Shown: one piece after another, positions 42,901 through 52,240 of the stretch
Layout: each line of letters starts with the position of its first letter
How positions within the stretch are numbered: position 1 is the first letter of the stretch
Assembly (NCBI GenBank): GCA_003554395.1
Contig: PWGD01000148.1
Span: forward strand, 70,036 to 134,035
Direction: 5' to 3'
Length of the DNA stretch: 64,000 bases
From: Syntrophomonadaceae bacterium
GTDB taxonomy: Bacteria > Bacillota > Dethiobacteria > DTU022
Notes under the pieces: generated by a model
Database searches by the model: none
The model's input: only the letters and a program-made list of their open reading frames with translations
What the model was told of the DNA's origin: nothing
Program-made: the position numbers and the translations under genes

Positions 42901-43398
42901 GAAAGCATCCCGGTAAAAACAGGCTGTCTCTCTTGCATCATCCAGGCGGCCTTCTAAGATCAGGGATGGTATTTCTCCGGCCAGGCAAGCGCTCAGGCCG
43001 ATCAGGCCTTCGCTGTGCTGCTGCAGAAGCTCACGATCAATCCTCGGCTTGTAATAAAACCCTTCCAGGTAACCGGCTGAAACTAGATACATTAAATTGC
43101 GGTAACCGGTTTCGTTTTCGGCCAGCAAAACCAGGTGATACTGCTGATCATCTTTCCTCGGTTCCTTCTGAAACCGGGACCGGGGCGCCATGTAAACTTC
43201 ACAGCCCAGGATGGGCTTGATGCCGGCCTTCTTGGCCGCCCTGTAAAAATCGATCACTCCAAACATACTGCCGTGATCGGTTATTGCAACGGCGGGCATA
43301 TTCAATTCGGCGGCCCGGTTAACAATATTGTTTATTCTTGCCGCGCCGTCCAATAAGCTGTATTCGCTGTGGCAGTGTAAATGGACAAAATCAGCCAT
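39946..43398 (-). CDS. dnaE: DNA polymerase III alpha subunit (DnaE-type)
   Basis: PHP domain start MADFVHLHCHSEYSLLDG, preceded by GGTGGAGGG. Pol III alpha core and OB fold. The listed ORF has an extra 17 aa upstream. Confidence 0.95.
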   Translation of the reverse strand: MADFVHLHCHSEYSLLDGAARINNIVNRAAELNMPAVAITDHGSMFGVIDFYRAAKKAGIKPILGCEVYMAPRSRFQKEPRKDDQQYHLVLLAENETGYRNLMYLVSAGYLEGFYYKPRIDRELLQQHSEGLIGLSACLAGEIPSLILEGRLDDARETACFYRDAFGEDSFFLELHDHNIPEQKKVNEALKEISRLENIPLAASNDVHYLSRQDAGMHDVLICIQTGKTVDETERMSFETEEFYFKTPGEMAELFADVPEAISNTVRIAERCNVEKDFTQRHLPEYSVPDGSDADSYLEKICYQGLESRYREITPEIEERLQYELKVIRQMGYADYFLIVWDFVDYAKKEKVIVGPGRGSAAGSLVAYCLGITNIEPLQHGLLFERFLNPERISMPDIDIDFCDDKRDRILNYVFEKYGQERVAQIITFGTMAARAAVRDVGRALAIPYAEVDKIAKMIPMEVKMTISRALDQNRDLQVLYREEELYRRLLDISMAVEGMPRHASTHAAGVVIAKEPLVNYVPLHKMADSAVVTQFPMGILEEMGLLKMDFLGLKTLTIIGEALENIEKRHNKRIEIEAIPIDDSATYEMLSHGETTGVFQLESTGMRSVLRELIPNKFEDIIAVVALYRPGPMEQIPTFVNSKHGREKIKYAHPDLEPILKETYGVIVYQEQIMEIAARIAGFSLGQADLLRRAIGKKKKQILDEQQEKFIEGCMEKGYTRELGIKMYDLILKFASYGFNKSHAAAYALIAYQTAFLKANYPVEFMAALMTVYYSNSDKVALYIADCRRMDIEVLPPDINESETHFTVVGDNRIRFGLAAVKNVGLGAIDSIVRARREKPFGSMRDFASRVDLRLCNRKALESLVKCGAFDSIGGHRAQYLAALDDVLAQGQSVQRERENGQISMFSLMDASVQEELLNDNLPDLEPFSDKERLSLEKEMLGLYISGHPLEPYRPILDQMDKLTRCVELAEVGDNHHVKVGGIIIAVRSFYTKKNKQMAFVKLEDLTGHVELVVFPELFEKQGGLLREDSLVVIEGKTDLKEEEDVKILAEKLTPLSQQKKYLRLMIDERHDREILGALKNTLLAENGEVPVCLFFKKDKKMLMLDKNYWVRDHFQSRKQLEDLLGLGAVSEQYQNYTPESRVKEEQHS

Positions 43399-43598
43399 CA
43401 CAGATCCCTCCACCTTAATACTTGGGTCCGGTTTATAAAAGATCATCATGTTAAACCGGAATTATCTTAGCAGATCCGGCCTTAATATTGAAGCCCGATT
43501 TACGAGCCGGCTGCCGGTTGATTCCACATTAGATAAGTTTTCGACTTAGCAGTCTAAATACCTTTACAAGTAAGCCAAATCCTTGGGCTGAATTCAGC

Positions 43599-43627
43599 TT
43601 TTTAAAAATCATGGTTTATGGTACAAT
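43599..43627 (+). promoter_or_regulatory. Candidate sigma-A promoter (TTTTTA-N17-TGgTACAAT) upstream of the AI-2E transporter gene
   Basis: Extended -10 TGgTACAAT at 43619-43627, weak -35. About 195 nt upstream of the start codon. Confidence 0.3.
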
Positions 43628-43820
43628 ACAGGTATTATAGATTGCCAATACTTTTTTTAGTTCTGAGTTACCGAGATGCCCTAGTACTATTACAAGTCCG
43701 CCTGTTTTCTGCCTTTCCCAGGCCAATCCCTACTCCAGAAAAAGGGGAAAAGGTTGGCATTCGCGAAATGTTTTATAGCGGGAGCATAAAATATATATTC
43801 AGCATAAAAGGAGTCCTGTT

Positions 43821-44897
43821 TTGTTCAATGATCGGGAAACCCGTCTGGCTTTTAAAATCGTTTTAATTGCCACGGCCGTATTTATCACGATCTGGCTTCT
43901 GGTTAAGCTGGCGCCGATCCTATCCTTATTTGTCTTTGCCTTATTTATAGTTTATACCATCAACCCCCTGGTAGACTTTCTTATCAGCGTTAAAATAAAG
44001 CCAATCCTGGCCTCGACTATTGCCTCCCTGGTTATTTTCATAGCCGTTTTCCTGCTATTCTACCTTCTCATTCCCGGATTGATTAATGAAATAAGACAGT
44101 TAATTATATTTTTAACCAGTGGTTTTACCCAGGATCTGCCTGCCCTGATTACCCAGCTGGAAGAGTTTGATCAAAGATTTAACCTGCGCCTTACCGAGAC
44201 TTTTATCGAGTACTCCGATCAATTTATCAGGCAGGCCCCGGCCAACGTCCAAGGGCTCCTGCGCAGTATAACCGGCCTGTCAATGGACCTGGTAAACCAG
44301 GCCTGGCTTGTTTTGGTGCTGATTTTTCTCGTTTTTTACATGGCCCAGGACATAAACAAGGTCCGGCAAAACCTTACTCTCATGTTTCCGCAAATCTATA
44401 AAGAAAATGTAAGCCATTTGCTGCAGGTTGTTGATGAAAAAGTAGGGGCCTATATTCGGGGGACCCTGTTGAAGTGCCTGTTTGTCGGTTTTTTAACCGG
44501 TATTGGACTATACACTGCAGGCATGCCTTTTGCCCTGTCCCTGGGCATTTTAGCGGGCATTCTTAATATCATACTATATATCGGTCCCCTGGTGGCTGCT
44601 ATTCCGGCCCTGCTTTTAAGTATCATGCCCGGTACTCCAAGCTTTATTATAATCGGAATCATATACATAATCGTCCAGGTTCTTGACGCCTTCGTTTTTA
44701 CTCCCGTTTTTCTTGGCAAAGCCACTGATTTAAGTCCGCTAACCGTTATCGCAATCGTCCTGGTCGGCAGCCAGCTGGCGGGCATCCTTGGCATCATTCT
44801 GGCCATTCCCATTACCGCTACCTTAAAAGTACTGCTGCAGCATTATTACCTTGATCGCCGTAAAACTGAAGAGGCCGCAAGCAGGGCCAAACCCTGA
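43821..44897 (+). CDS. AI-2E family transporter (UPF0118/PerM-like permease)
   Basis: 358 aa, ~8 TM helices, PF01594-like organisation. Confidence 0.85.
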   Translation: MFNDRETRLAFKIVLIATAVFITIWLLVKLAPILSLFVFALFIVYTINPLVDFLISVKIKPILASTIASLVIFIAVFLLFYLLIPGLINEIRQLIIFLTSGFTQDLPALITQLEEFDQRFNLRLTETFIEYSDQFIRQAPANVQGLLRSITGLSMDLVNQAWLVLVLIFLVFYMAQDINKVRQNLTLMFPQIYKENVSHLLQVVDEKVGAYIRGTLLKCLFVGFLTGIGLYTAGMPFALSLGILAGILNIILYIGPLVAAIPALLLSIMPGTPSFIIIGIIYIIVQVLDAFVFTPVFLGKATDLSPLTVIAIVLVGSQLAGILGIILAIPITATLKVLLQHYYLDRRKTEEAASRAKP

Positions 44898-44908
44898 GCT
44901 TCTTCCCT

Positions 44909-45367
44909 TTAAATAAATCCGGGGAAGTCCCTTTGCCGCAGAGCTTCATAAAGAACCAGCGCTACCGCGTTGCCCAGGTTCAGGGATCGCGGAACCTGAT
45001 CCGCCATCGGGATGCGCAGGACAATTTCAGCCTGATTCAAAATCTTTTGGTCCAAGCCCCGGGTTTCACTGCCAAAAACCAGAAAATCATCCATCCGGTA
45101 AGCAAAACGGTGATAATAATCGCGACCCCGGGTGGAGAAGCATATAAAGCGGGAAGCACTATTCTTTTGCTTCAGCTCGTCGAAATTGCTGTGTATTTCC
45201 AAATTTAGGTACTGCCAGTAATCAAGTCCCGCCCGGCGGACTTCTTTTTCTGACAGCGAAAAACCTAGCGGCTCGACAAGGTGCAGTTTCGTTCCGGTCA
45301 TTACACAGGTCCTGGCTACATTACCCGTATTCTGCGGTATTTCCGGTTCAACCAATACCAGGTGCAT
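44909..45367 (-). CDS. trmL: tRNA (cytidine34/U34-2'-O)-methyltransferase TrmL (SpoU/TrmH family)
   Basis: 152 aa. HLVLVEPEIPQNTGNVARTC and LNLGNAVA motifs. Confidence 0.9.
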   Translation of the reverse strand: MHLVLVEPEIPQNTGNVARTCVMTGTKLHLVEPLGFSLSEKEVRRAGLDYWQYLNLEIHSNFDELKQKNSASRFICFSTRGRDYYHRFAYRMDDFLVFGSETRGLDQKILNQAEIVLRIPMADQVPRSLNLGNAVALVLYEALRQRDFPGFI

Positions 45368-45405
45368 ACTTACCTCTCTTGATGGAATTATTAATCATGC
45401 CAACA

Positions 45406-47838
45406 TCAAATACCATCCCGGTCACCGTTTTCTCGATCAGTCTTTTCCCGGCTATTATCCCTGCTTAAAATTTCGTTGAACTGCTGCAATTTTTCCAGCA
45501 CTTTTTGATTAAAACTGCCTTCGCTGAAAGTGCCTTCTTCCGTAAGCCGACCCGGTTCAATACCTGACAAGAGCTCCAACCCGTCATCGACCGTATCGAT
45601 GGTATAAATATTAAAACTGCCTTTTTCAACTGCTTCAACTACTTCTTTTTTAAGCATCAGGGATTTTTTATTTTTACCGGGAATGATCACACCCTGCCCG
45701 CCGGTCAAACCTTTAACTTTACAGGCCATATAAAAACCTTCAATTTTAGCGCTTACCCCTCCAACCGGCTGGATCTCCCCCTTTTGATTGATCGAGCCGG
45801 TAACTGCCAGCTCCTGCCTGAGCGGGACTTCGGCCAGGCTGGAAAGCAGTGATAAAAGCTCAGCAGCCGAGGCGCTGTCGCCGTCAACTCCTCCGTAGGA
45901 CTGTTCAAAACAGAGGCTGGCCGTTAAATTCAGAGGAACAAGGGTTCCATATTTTGCTCCCAGGTAACCATTAAGGATTAAAATCCCCTTGCTGTGGATC
46001 CGTCCGCTCAGTTCGCTCTCCCGTTCTATATTAATAATCCCCTTACGTCCCAGGTACGTTGAAGCAGTAATCCTTGAAGGACGCCCAAAACGGTAATCGC
46101 CCTGGTCAATAACAGACAGGGCGTTGACCTGGCCGATCTTTTGACCTTCCAAATCAAGGAGAATCTCCCCTTCTTTGATAGAATCAATAATCTTTTGTTC
46201 ATATTTATTGGACCGATAAACCATTTCTTCCATTGCTTTGCCGACATGGTTTTTATCAACCAGTTCAGCGCCCTCAAGGTCAGCCCAGGCGTCGGACTCA
46301 AACAGCAGGTCTACAATTTCATTAAAACGGGTGCTTAATTTATCCTGATTTTCAGCCAGGCGGGTGCTGTACTCGACAATTTCGCCCACCGCCGCGCGGT
46401 CAAAATGACGCAGGCCCTGGCTGTTGCAGTGGAAAGAAATGAAGCTGGCCATCTTGAGGACATTATCGTCCTGGCGCTCCATTTCAATATCAAAGTCGGC
46501 TTTAATCTTGAACAACTTGCGGAAATCTTCATCATAGTGATAAAGTAGAAAATAGATAAAGGGGTTGCCAATCATAACTACTTTAACATTTAACGGTATC
46601 GGCTGGGGACGGAGAGTTGACATGGCCACCAGTCCGAAATGCTCGCTGATATTTTCAATCCTGATCTCCCTGGTCCGCAGAACCCTCTTCAGAACCTCCC
46701 AGGACTGAATCGAGGTTAGGACATCCCGGGCCTGCAGGATCAAATAGCCGCCATTGGCCCGGTGCAGGGCACCCGACTTGATCATGGTAAAATCGGTCAT
46801 TACAGTGCCGAAGCGGTTTTCGTACTCCACCCGGCCGAGCAGATTATAGTAGGAAGGATTGGTTTCATAAACCATGGGAGCACCTTCGGTTTCCCGGTTG
46901 TCCACCAGCAGGTTAACCTTGTAGCGCCGATCAGACTGCTCCTGGCCCTGCTGGCGCAGCCACATCATGGGGTTCTGCTGGTCTTCTTCATCACTCCTGA
47001 AATCGGAGAGGTTGGAAAGAACGTCCTCCTGGAAAGCCTGTAAATACTTTTTAACTTCCGGGTACTGCCCGTACTGTTCCTTCAACTCGTTGAAAAGATG
47101 TCCCACCGCGGCCATGCCGACTTCCTGGTCCAACTCTTTAAGTTTTTCTTTGAGCTCTTTCTCCAGCTTCTGGACCTTGCGCATAATTTCCATGGCCTTG
47201 ATCTGGACCTCGCTTGACTTCTTTTCCAGCTCATCCTTCTTTTCCTGGTCCAGCTTGGCGTATTCATCTTCCCCGATCTGTTCTCCGTCTTCCATGGGGA
47301 TGGTCACAAACCCGGAGCTGGTCCTCTTCAGGGCAAAGCCTTTTTCCTGGGCGACCTTGTTCAACTCGTCCAGGTACTCAGCCCGGGCATCCTGGAATTC
47401 CTTAACATGGACCGACTTCTGCCGTTCGTAATCTTCACCGTCAAAAGCCTTGGGGATATTTTCCTTCAAATCTTCCAGCAGCTCTTCTATATGATGCCTA
47501 AAATCAGTGCCTGTGCCGGCGGGGAGATTCAAAGCAATCGGCTCTCCAGGATGCTCAAAATTATAGACATAAAGCCAATCGTCGGGGACTGTTTCTTCTG
47601 CTGAGATTATTTCAACGATCGACTGAGCATAACTGGATTTCCCGGTTCCGGTCAGGCCGGTCATAAAAATGTTGTAACCGGGGCGTTTTATTTTCAAGCC
47701 AAATTCTGTCGCTTTTACCGCTCTCTCCTGGCCAATCATCCCCTCAAGCGGAGGAACATCGGCAGTTGTTTTGAAGCTAACGGTTTCTAAATTACAGCTC
47801 AGCCTGATTTCACTGCTGTTTAAATGTCCTATAGTCAT
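45406..47838 (-). CDS. Lon-like (LonC/archaeal LonB-type) AAA+ protease with coiled-coil insertion and S16 peptidase domain
   Basis: Start at MTIGHL (47838), overlapping the nth stop as TAATG. Walker A GLTGTGKS, a ~130-aa charged helical insertion (KKDELEKKSSEVQIKAMEIMRKVQKLEKELK...), and a C-terminal Lon protease domain with GDSAS and a downstream Lys. Confidence 0.8.
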   Translation of the reverse strand: MTIGHLNSSEIRLSCNLETVSFKTTADVPPLEGMIGQERAVKATEFGLKIKRPGYNIFMTGLTGTGKSSYAQSIVEIISAEETVPDDWLYVYNFEHPGEPIALNLPAGTGTDFRHHIEELLEDLKENIPKAFDGEDYERQKSVHVKEFQDARAEYLDELNKVAQEKGFALKRTSSGFVTIPMEDGEQIGEDEYAKLDQEKKDELEKKSSEVQIKAMEIMRKVQKLEKELKEKLKELDQEVGMAAVGHLFNELKEQYGQYPEVKKYLQAFQEDVLSNLSDFRSDEEDQQNPMMWLRQQGQEQSDRRYKVNLLVDNRETEGAPMVYETNPSYYNLLGRVEYENRFGTVMTDFTMIKSGALHRANGGYLILQARDVLTSIQSWEVLKRVLRTREIRIENISEHFGLVAMSTLRPQPIPLNVKVVMIGNPFIYFLLYHYDEDFRKLFKIKADFDIEMERQDDNVLKMASFISFHCNSQGLRHFDRAAVGEIVEYSTRLAENQDKLSTRFNEIVDLLFESDAWADLEGAELVDKNHVGKAMEEMVYRSNKYEQKIIDSIKEGEILLDLEGQKIGQVNALSVIDQGDYRFGRPSRITASTYLGRKGIINIERESELSGRIHSKGILILNGYLGAKYGTLVPLNLTASLCFEQSYGGVDGDSASAAELLSLLSSLAEVPLRQELAVTGSINQKGEIQPVGGVSAKIEGFYMACKVKGLTGGQGVIIPGKNKKSLMLKKEVVEAVEKGSFNIYTIDTVDDGLELLSGIEPGRLTEEGTFSEGSFNQKVLEKLQQFNEILSRDNSREKTDRENGDRDGI

Positions 47839-48515
47839 TATTGGTCTCCCCTTCTTCTGCCATAAAGACAAAGATCTTTCAAAAAACAATTACCGCAGCG
47901 CGGGCTGCGGGCAAAGCAAATTTTTCTGCCATGAGCAATCAAACGATGATGAGTATCGCTCCATTGGTTAATGGGAATAACCTTTTCCAGCTGCTTCTCG
48001 ACAATTTCCACAGTGCTGCCTTCAACCAGGCCCAGCCTCCTCGATACCCTGAAAACATGGGTATCTACTGCGATGGCCGCTTTGCCGTAAGCGCTGCTGA
48101 TTATAACATTGGCTGTCTTTCTGCCCACACCCGGCAATTTGATTAATTCATCACGTTGATCGGGAATTTGCCCCCCATAATTGCTTACTAAAATCCGGGC
48201 CGCCTCCACCAGGTAACGGCTCTTGTGGCGGTAAAGGCCGCATTTTTTTAGATAGGGTTCCAGGTCGGAAGGTTTCATCCGGGCCAGTTCAAATACGGAA
48301 GGAACCGCTGCAAACAAATCAGCGGTAATCTTATTGACCTGTTCATCGGTGGTCTGGGCAGAAAGCACTGTAGCCACAAACAGCTGGTAGGGGTTATCAT
48401 ACTTTAAACCCGTTTTAGCCTGCGGGTAATGCTCGGCAAGCCTTTTCAGCACCATACCAATCCGGATGGTCTCTTTATCCCTCTTGTCCCTTTCTTCCAT
48501 CCTGCCAATTGACAT
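47838..48515 (-). CDS. nth: Endonuclease III (DNA-(apurinic or apyrimidinic site) lyase)
   Basis: HhH-GPD (LPGVGRKTANVI), catalytic K/D, [4Fe-4S] C-x6-C-x2-C-x5-C. Confidence 0.92.
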   Translation of the reverse strand: MSIGRMEERDKRDKETIRIGMVLKRLAEHYPQAKTGLKYDNPYQLFVATVLSAQTTDEQVNKITADLFAAVPSVFELARMKPSDLEPYLKKCGLYRHKSRYLVEAARILVSNYGGQIPDQRDELIKLPGVGRKTANVIISSAYGKAAIAVDTHVFRVSRRLGLVEGSTVEIVEKQLEKVIPINQWSDTHHRLIAHGRKICFARSPRCGNCFLKDLCLYGRRRGDQ

Positions 48516-48520
48516 ACAAT

Positions 48521-48549
48521 ATTATAGATCGGCTGGGCGGTCAGGTAAA
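48521..48549 (-). promoter_or_regulatory. Candidate leaderless sigma-A promoter for nth (TTTACC-N17-TATAAT-N5-ATG)
   Basis: Minus strand TTTACC (48549-48544), a 17-nt spacer, TATAAT (48526-48521), then 5 nt to the nth ATG at 48515. There is no RBS, consistent with a leaderless mRNA. Confidence 0.35.
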
Positions 48550-48629
48550 GGCTGCGGGATAAAAAAATATCGCTGTTATCGCAAGTAAGGCTGTAGGGAA
48601 CCGGAGTTACAATTTACCGCTTTCGGGAG

Positions 48630-49862
48630 TTAGCTGGTTTTGATGATGCCCCTTTTTTTCATTTCTTCCAGGTCGCTATAATCATAATCCAATTTTTCTA
48701 AGATTTCTAAAGTGTGCTCTCCGTGTTCCGGGGGCGGCAGGCGCAGCTCCCCGACTTGTCCTGAAAATAACAGGGGGAATCCAACCCGGGTCGTTTTTGC
48801 CGCCTTTGCAGGGGTCGCTTCAAGCCAGTAGTTGCCTTCCTGGGATAGGGGGTGCTTAATGGCTTCATTTAGATCAAGGACCGGTTCACAGCAGGCATCC
48901 AGGTTTGCAAAAATAACTTCCCACTCTTTCCGGCTCTTGCTCTTAAAGAGGGTCCGCACTTCTTGAATCAGTTCCCTGTTTCCCACCGGTTGATCTTGTT
49001 CCTGTGCGTACTGCCGGTCAATCCACTGCTCTTTTCCAACCGCCTCACAAAATCTTCGCCAGAATACCGGTTCCAGGGCACCTAGGCTCATAAATTTACC
49101 ATCGCCGGTTTCATAAATGTTGTAGCAGGCAAATGAACCGCTTAATAGGCCCCGGCCGCACCTGGGCAGTTCTGCTCCGGCGTCCAAAAAAGAAGCCGGG
49201 TAGGCAAGCCAGGGAAGCAGGCCCCGGGTCATTGAAACATCTACAAAACGGCCTGCGCCGGTTCTTTCTCTCTCATAAAGCGCGAACATAATTCCGTTCA
49301 GAGCCATCAGGGCACCGCCGCCAATGTCGGCAATCTGGGTGGCGGGCACTACCGGCTTCCCATCTTCTCCTGCACTTAACTCCAGCAACCCGCTTAACGC
49401 CGTGTAGTTTAAATCGTGTCCGGCTTTGTCCCGGTAGGGGCCCTTATAACCGTAACCGGTAATAGCGGCATAAACCAGGCGCCCGTTCAGCCCGCTTAAT
49501 ACCCGGTAACCAAGCCCCAGGCGGTCCATAACTCCAGGCCGAAAACCTTCCACCAGGACATCTGAAGCGGCCGCGAGGGCCTTCAGTATCTCCCGCCCTT
49601 CTTCATTCTTCAGGTCCAGGGCCAGGGATTTCTTGTTCCGGTTCAAGTGCTTAAATAAAGTCCCAACCGGGCCCTTTCCGCCTTTATAAGAAGAGCCGGC
49701 GAAACGGGTTGGATCGCCGGCCTCCACATTTTCTACTTTAATAATTTCAGCTCCGTAATCACCGAGGATCATCGTGCACAAAGGTCCCGGCAGCAGGCTG
49801 GTCAAATCCAGGACCTTTAGTCCTTCCAGGGGCTGAGCTCTTTTTTTGCCCGTTTCAGCCAT
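48630..49862 (-). CDS. Family III CoA-transferase (CaiB/BaiF family)
   Basis: 410 aa. N-terminus LEGLKVLDLTSLLPGPLCTMILGDYGAEIIKVE and a conserved Asp region. Its start overlaps the upstream gene's stop. Confidence 0.85.
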   Translation of the reverse strand: MAETGKKRAQPLEGLKVLDLTSLLPGPLCTMILGDYGAEIIKVENVEAGDPTRFAGSSYKGGKGPVGTLFKHLNRNKKSLALDLKNEEGREILKALAAASDVLVEGFRPGVMDRLGLGYRVLSGLNGRLVYAAITGYGYKGPYRDKAGHDLNYTALSGLLELSAGEDGKPVVPATQIADIGGGALMALNGIMFALYERERTGAGRFVDVSMTRGLLPWLAYPASFLDAGAELPRCGRGLLSGSFACYNIYETGDGKFMSLGALEPVFWRRFCEAVGKEQWIDRQYAQEQDQPVGNRELIQEVRTLFKSKSRKEWEVIFANLDACCEPVLDLNEAIKHPLSQEGNYWLEATPAKAAKTTRVGFPLLFSGQVGELRLPPPEHGEHTLEILEKLDYDYSDLEEMKKRGIIKTS

Positions 49863-51475
49863 TAGCGGTGGGTGTAATGCGGAAGCATGACCGGGCCGAC
49901 TCTTCCTTTGCCCGCATCCGCCTTCTCCAGTTCCTGGTGATATGAAGCCACATGATTCAAATTAAGCCCTTCCGGGGTTGAAATTTCCCTGCTTTTTTCG
50001 GCGGCGCTCTTACCGGCCCGCCGGCCAAACACAATTATGTCGAGCAGTGAATTGCCCATCAAACGGTTGGTGCCGTGAATTCCCCCGGCCGCCTCACCGG
50101 CCACGTAAAGATTTTCCACACTGCTGCGGGCCTGGTCATCAATCAGCAGCCCGCCATTCTGGTAATGCAAGGTCGGATAAATCAACATCGGTTCCTTGCG
50201 GATATCGACATCAAAACGATGAAACTGGCGCATCATGGCCGGAAGCTGGCGCTCAATAGTCCCTTCGCCATGAATTAACTCAAGAATGGGCGAATCCAAC
50301 CAGACTGCGGTAATCCCCGTCGGCAGGGGCACACCCAGCCCGCGCTCTTCACACTCACGGATAATGGCCGATGACTCTACATCCCTGGTTTCCAGGTGAT
50401 AAACAAACTGCTCCCCGTTGATATTGAGCGGTTGCGCCCCCAGGCCCCGGGTTTTTTCCGTAACCAGGAGCCCTAACAGTTGGGGCGGATAGGCGCCTCC
50501 GGTCGGGTGGTACTGGATAGAATCGGTGTAGATGGTTTTCGCTCCGGCCCGGTAACCTATGACCAGTCCGTCAGCGGTGGCTCCATAGTGATTGCTGGTG
50601 GGAAAACCGCGGTAGTGCAACCTACCCGAACCTCCGGTGGCGACTATGACTGTTTTAGCCCGGGCGATCAGGTACTGCTCCGTTTCGAGGTTATAAAGGA
50701 CGGCCCCGGCTGCGCAGCCCTGTTTATCGAGTAATATTTCCACCGCCGGGCTGAATTCAACCACGGTAATTCCTTTATTATAAACTTCATCTCTTAAAGT
50801 CCTCATTATTTCCGCCCCGGTATAATCGCGGGCGGCGTGCATCCGCTTGCGGGAAGTCCCTCCGCCGTGAATGGTGATCATCTTTCCTTCTTCGTTTTTG
50901 TCAAACATGGTCCCCAGCTCTTCCAGCCACTTGATCACCAGCGGAGCATCCATGACCAGGGCCCGGGCCAGTTCCGGGATATTTTCCAACCTTCCGCCGC
51001 CGAGAACGTCGAGGTAATGGATAGCCGGAGTATCATTTTCCTTATCGGCAGCCTGGATACCACCCTGGGCCATCATGGTGTTGGCGTCGCCAAAGCGCAG
51101 CTTGGTGGTCAGCAAAACATCGGCGCCGGCTTCCTGCGCTATGAGGGCTGCCGAAGCGCCGGCCCCCCCGCCGCCAATAATTAAAACATCTACATCATAG
51201 TCGGGGTCGGATTTTAAATCTAGATCGATATCCCGGAGGCGGCTGTAAGCTTCGAAAACGTCGGCCATCTCATTGGGCATGCGGGTTCCTTTATCCACTC
51301 CCACATTTATATTGCGAAAACCGTCTTCTATATAATCGGGATGAAACTTCCTTAAAACATCGCGCCTTTCTTCCGGAGACATTCGCGGGTATTCCACGCC
51401 GACCCGGGAGGCCCTGCTTGCTTCCACTTTTTTCATTAATTCTTTTAACTGCGGCGTATAAGCCAATGGTTTCAC
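49862..51475 (-). CDS. Fumarate reductase / succinate dehydrogenase flavoprotein-like subunit (soluble, FAD)
   Basis: 537 aa. GGGGAG dinucleotide fold, MMAQGGIQAA, HPTGG, HYQNGGL and a C-terminal arginine region. These are the SdhA/FrdA/NadB family signatures. It has a ~70-aa N-terminal extension. Confidence 0.8.
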   Translation of the reverse strand: MKPLAYTPQLKELMKKVEASRASRVGVEYPRMSPEERRDVLRKFHPDYIEDGFRNINVGVDKGTRMPNEMADVFEAYSRLRDIDLDLKSDPDYDVDVLIIGGGGAGASAALIAQEAGADVLLTTKLRFGDANTMMAQGGIQAADKENDTPAIHYLDVLGGGRLENIPELARALVMDAPLVIKWLEELGTMFDKNEEGKMITIHGGGTSRKRMHAARDYTGAEIMRTLRDEVYNKGITVVEFSPAVEILLDKQGCAAGAVLYNLETEQYLIARAKTVIVATGGSGRLHYRGFPTSNHYGATADGLVIGYRAGAKTIYTDSIQYHPTGGAYPPQLLGLLVTEKTRGLGAQPLNINGEQFVYHLETRDVESSAIIRECEERGLGVPLPTGITAVWLDSPILELIHGEGTIERQLPAMMRQFHRFDVDIRKEPMLIYPTLHYQNGGLLIDDQARSSVENLYVAGEAAGGIHGTNRLMGNSLLDIIVFGRRAGKSAAEKSREISTPEGLNLNHVASYHQELEKADAGKGRVGPVMLPHYTHR

Positions 51476-51490
51476 TCCTCCCCTCCGGGT

Positions 51491-52186
51491 CTATTTTTCA
51501 ATTTCCCGGTTATTGTATAGTTCCTGAAGTTTTTCCTTGTCGGCGTTGACCAGCTCACTAATATCGCTATCCATCTCACCTTCTTCAATCGCTTTTGCCC
51601 TTTCGCTTAAGAAAGCATCCGGCCTGGCAATATAACGGCTGTAGAGACGTCGGCCGGCCAGGGCGGAATTATAATGGACAATGTTGACCGGGCAGCGCGA
51701 TACGCACAGCCCGCACATCAGGCAGTCAAAAGAGAGGTCGGCCGCTTTTGCAAAATCGCCGCGCTGCAAATAGGCAACATACTGCATCACGTCAATATCC
51801 TGGGGGCAGACCTTGGTGCAGGAACCGCAGCCCAGGCAGCGAAAAACTTCCGGGTATAGTTGGGCAAAATCGGCTACCGTGGGTTTGATTTCCTCCAGAT
51901 CATAAACCGCCTTCCGGGCCGGGAAAAAGGGTATCTGGGCCAGGTACATCCCTTCTTCAACCTTGGTCTGACAGGCCAGGCCGACCTTCAATTCGAAATC
52001 GCCGGCTATCCGGTACACAGTGGCGCAGGCCCCGCAAAAACCGGCCCGGCAGCCGCAGCCCCGCTTGAGCTGGTAACCGGCATATTCCATGGCATCCATT
52101 ATGGTCAGGGTTTCCGGGACAGAATACTTTTTACCCATGATATAGATATCCACCATTTTAATGGCATCTTTTACTGTTTCGTTCAT
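51491..52186 (-). CDS. Succinate dehydrogenase/fumarate reductase iron-sulfur subunit-like ([2Fe-2S] + two Cys-x2-Cys-x2-Cys-x3-CysPro motifs)
   Basis: 231 aa. N-terminal plant-type ferredoxin cysteines (CGCRAGFCGAC...C), then CLGCGSCTKVCP and CLMCGLCVSRCP. Confidence 0.8.
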   Translation of the reverse strand: MNETVKDAIKMVDIYIMGKKYSVPETLTIMDAMEYAGYQLKRGCGCRAGFCGACATVYRIAGDFELKVGLACQTKVEEGMYLAQIPFFPARKAVYDLEEIKPTVADFAQLYPEVFRCLGCGSCTKVCPQDIDVMQYVAYLQRGDFAKAADLSFDCLMCGLCVSRCPVNIVHYNSALAGRRLYSRYIARPDAFLSERAKAIEEGEMDSDISELVNADKEKLQELYNNREIEK

Positions 52187-52240
52187 AATCTCCTCCTCGT
52201 TCTATCAGGCTTCCTTTGGAATAGAGCTTCCAAACCTGAC

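Noticed and set aside
43450-43600. Possible small RNA or hairpins (CCGGA...TCCGG, CCGGCTGCCGG) upstream of dnaE
   Set aside because: Only short 5-bp stems. It is more simply the dnaE promoter/leader. There is no terminator-like U-tract or recognisable RNA family signature.
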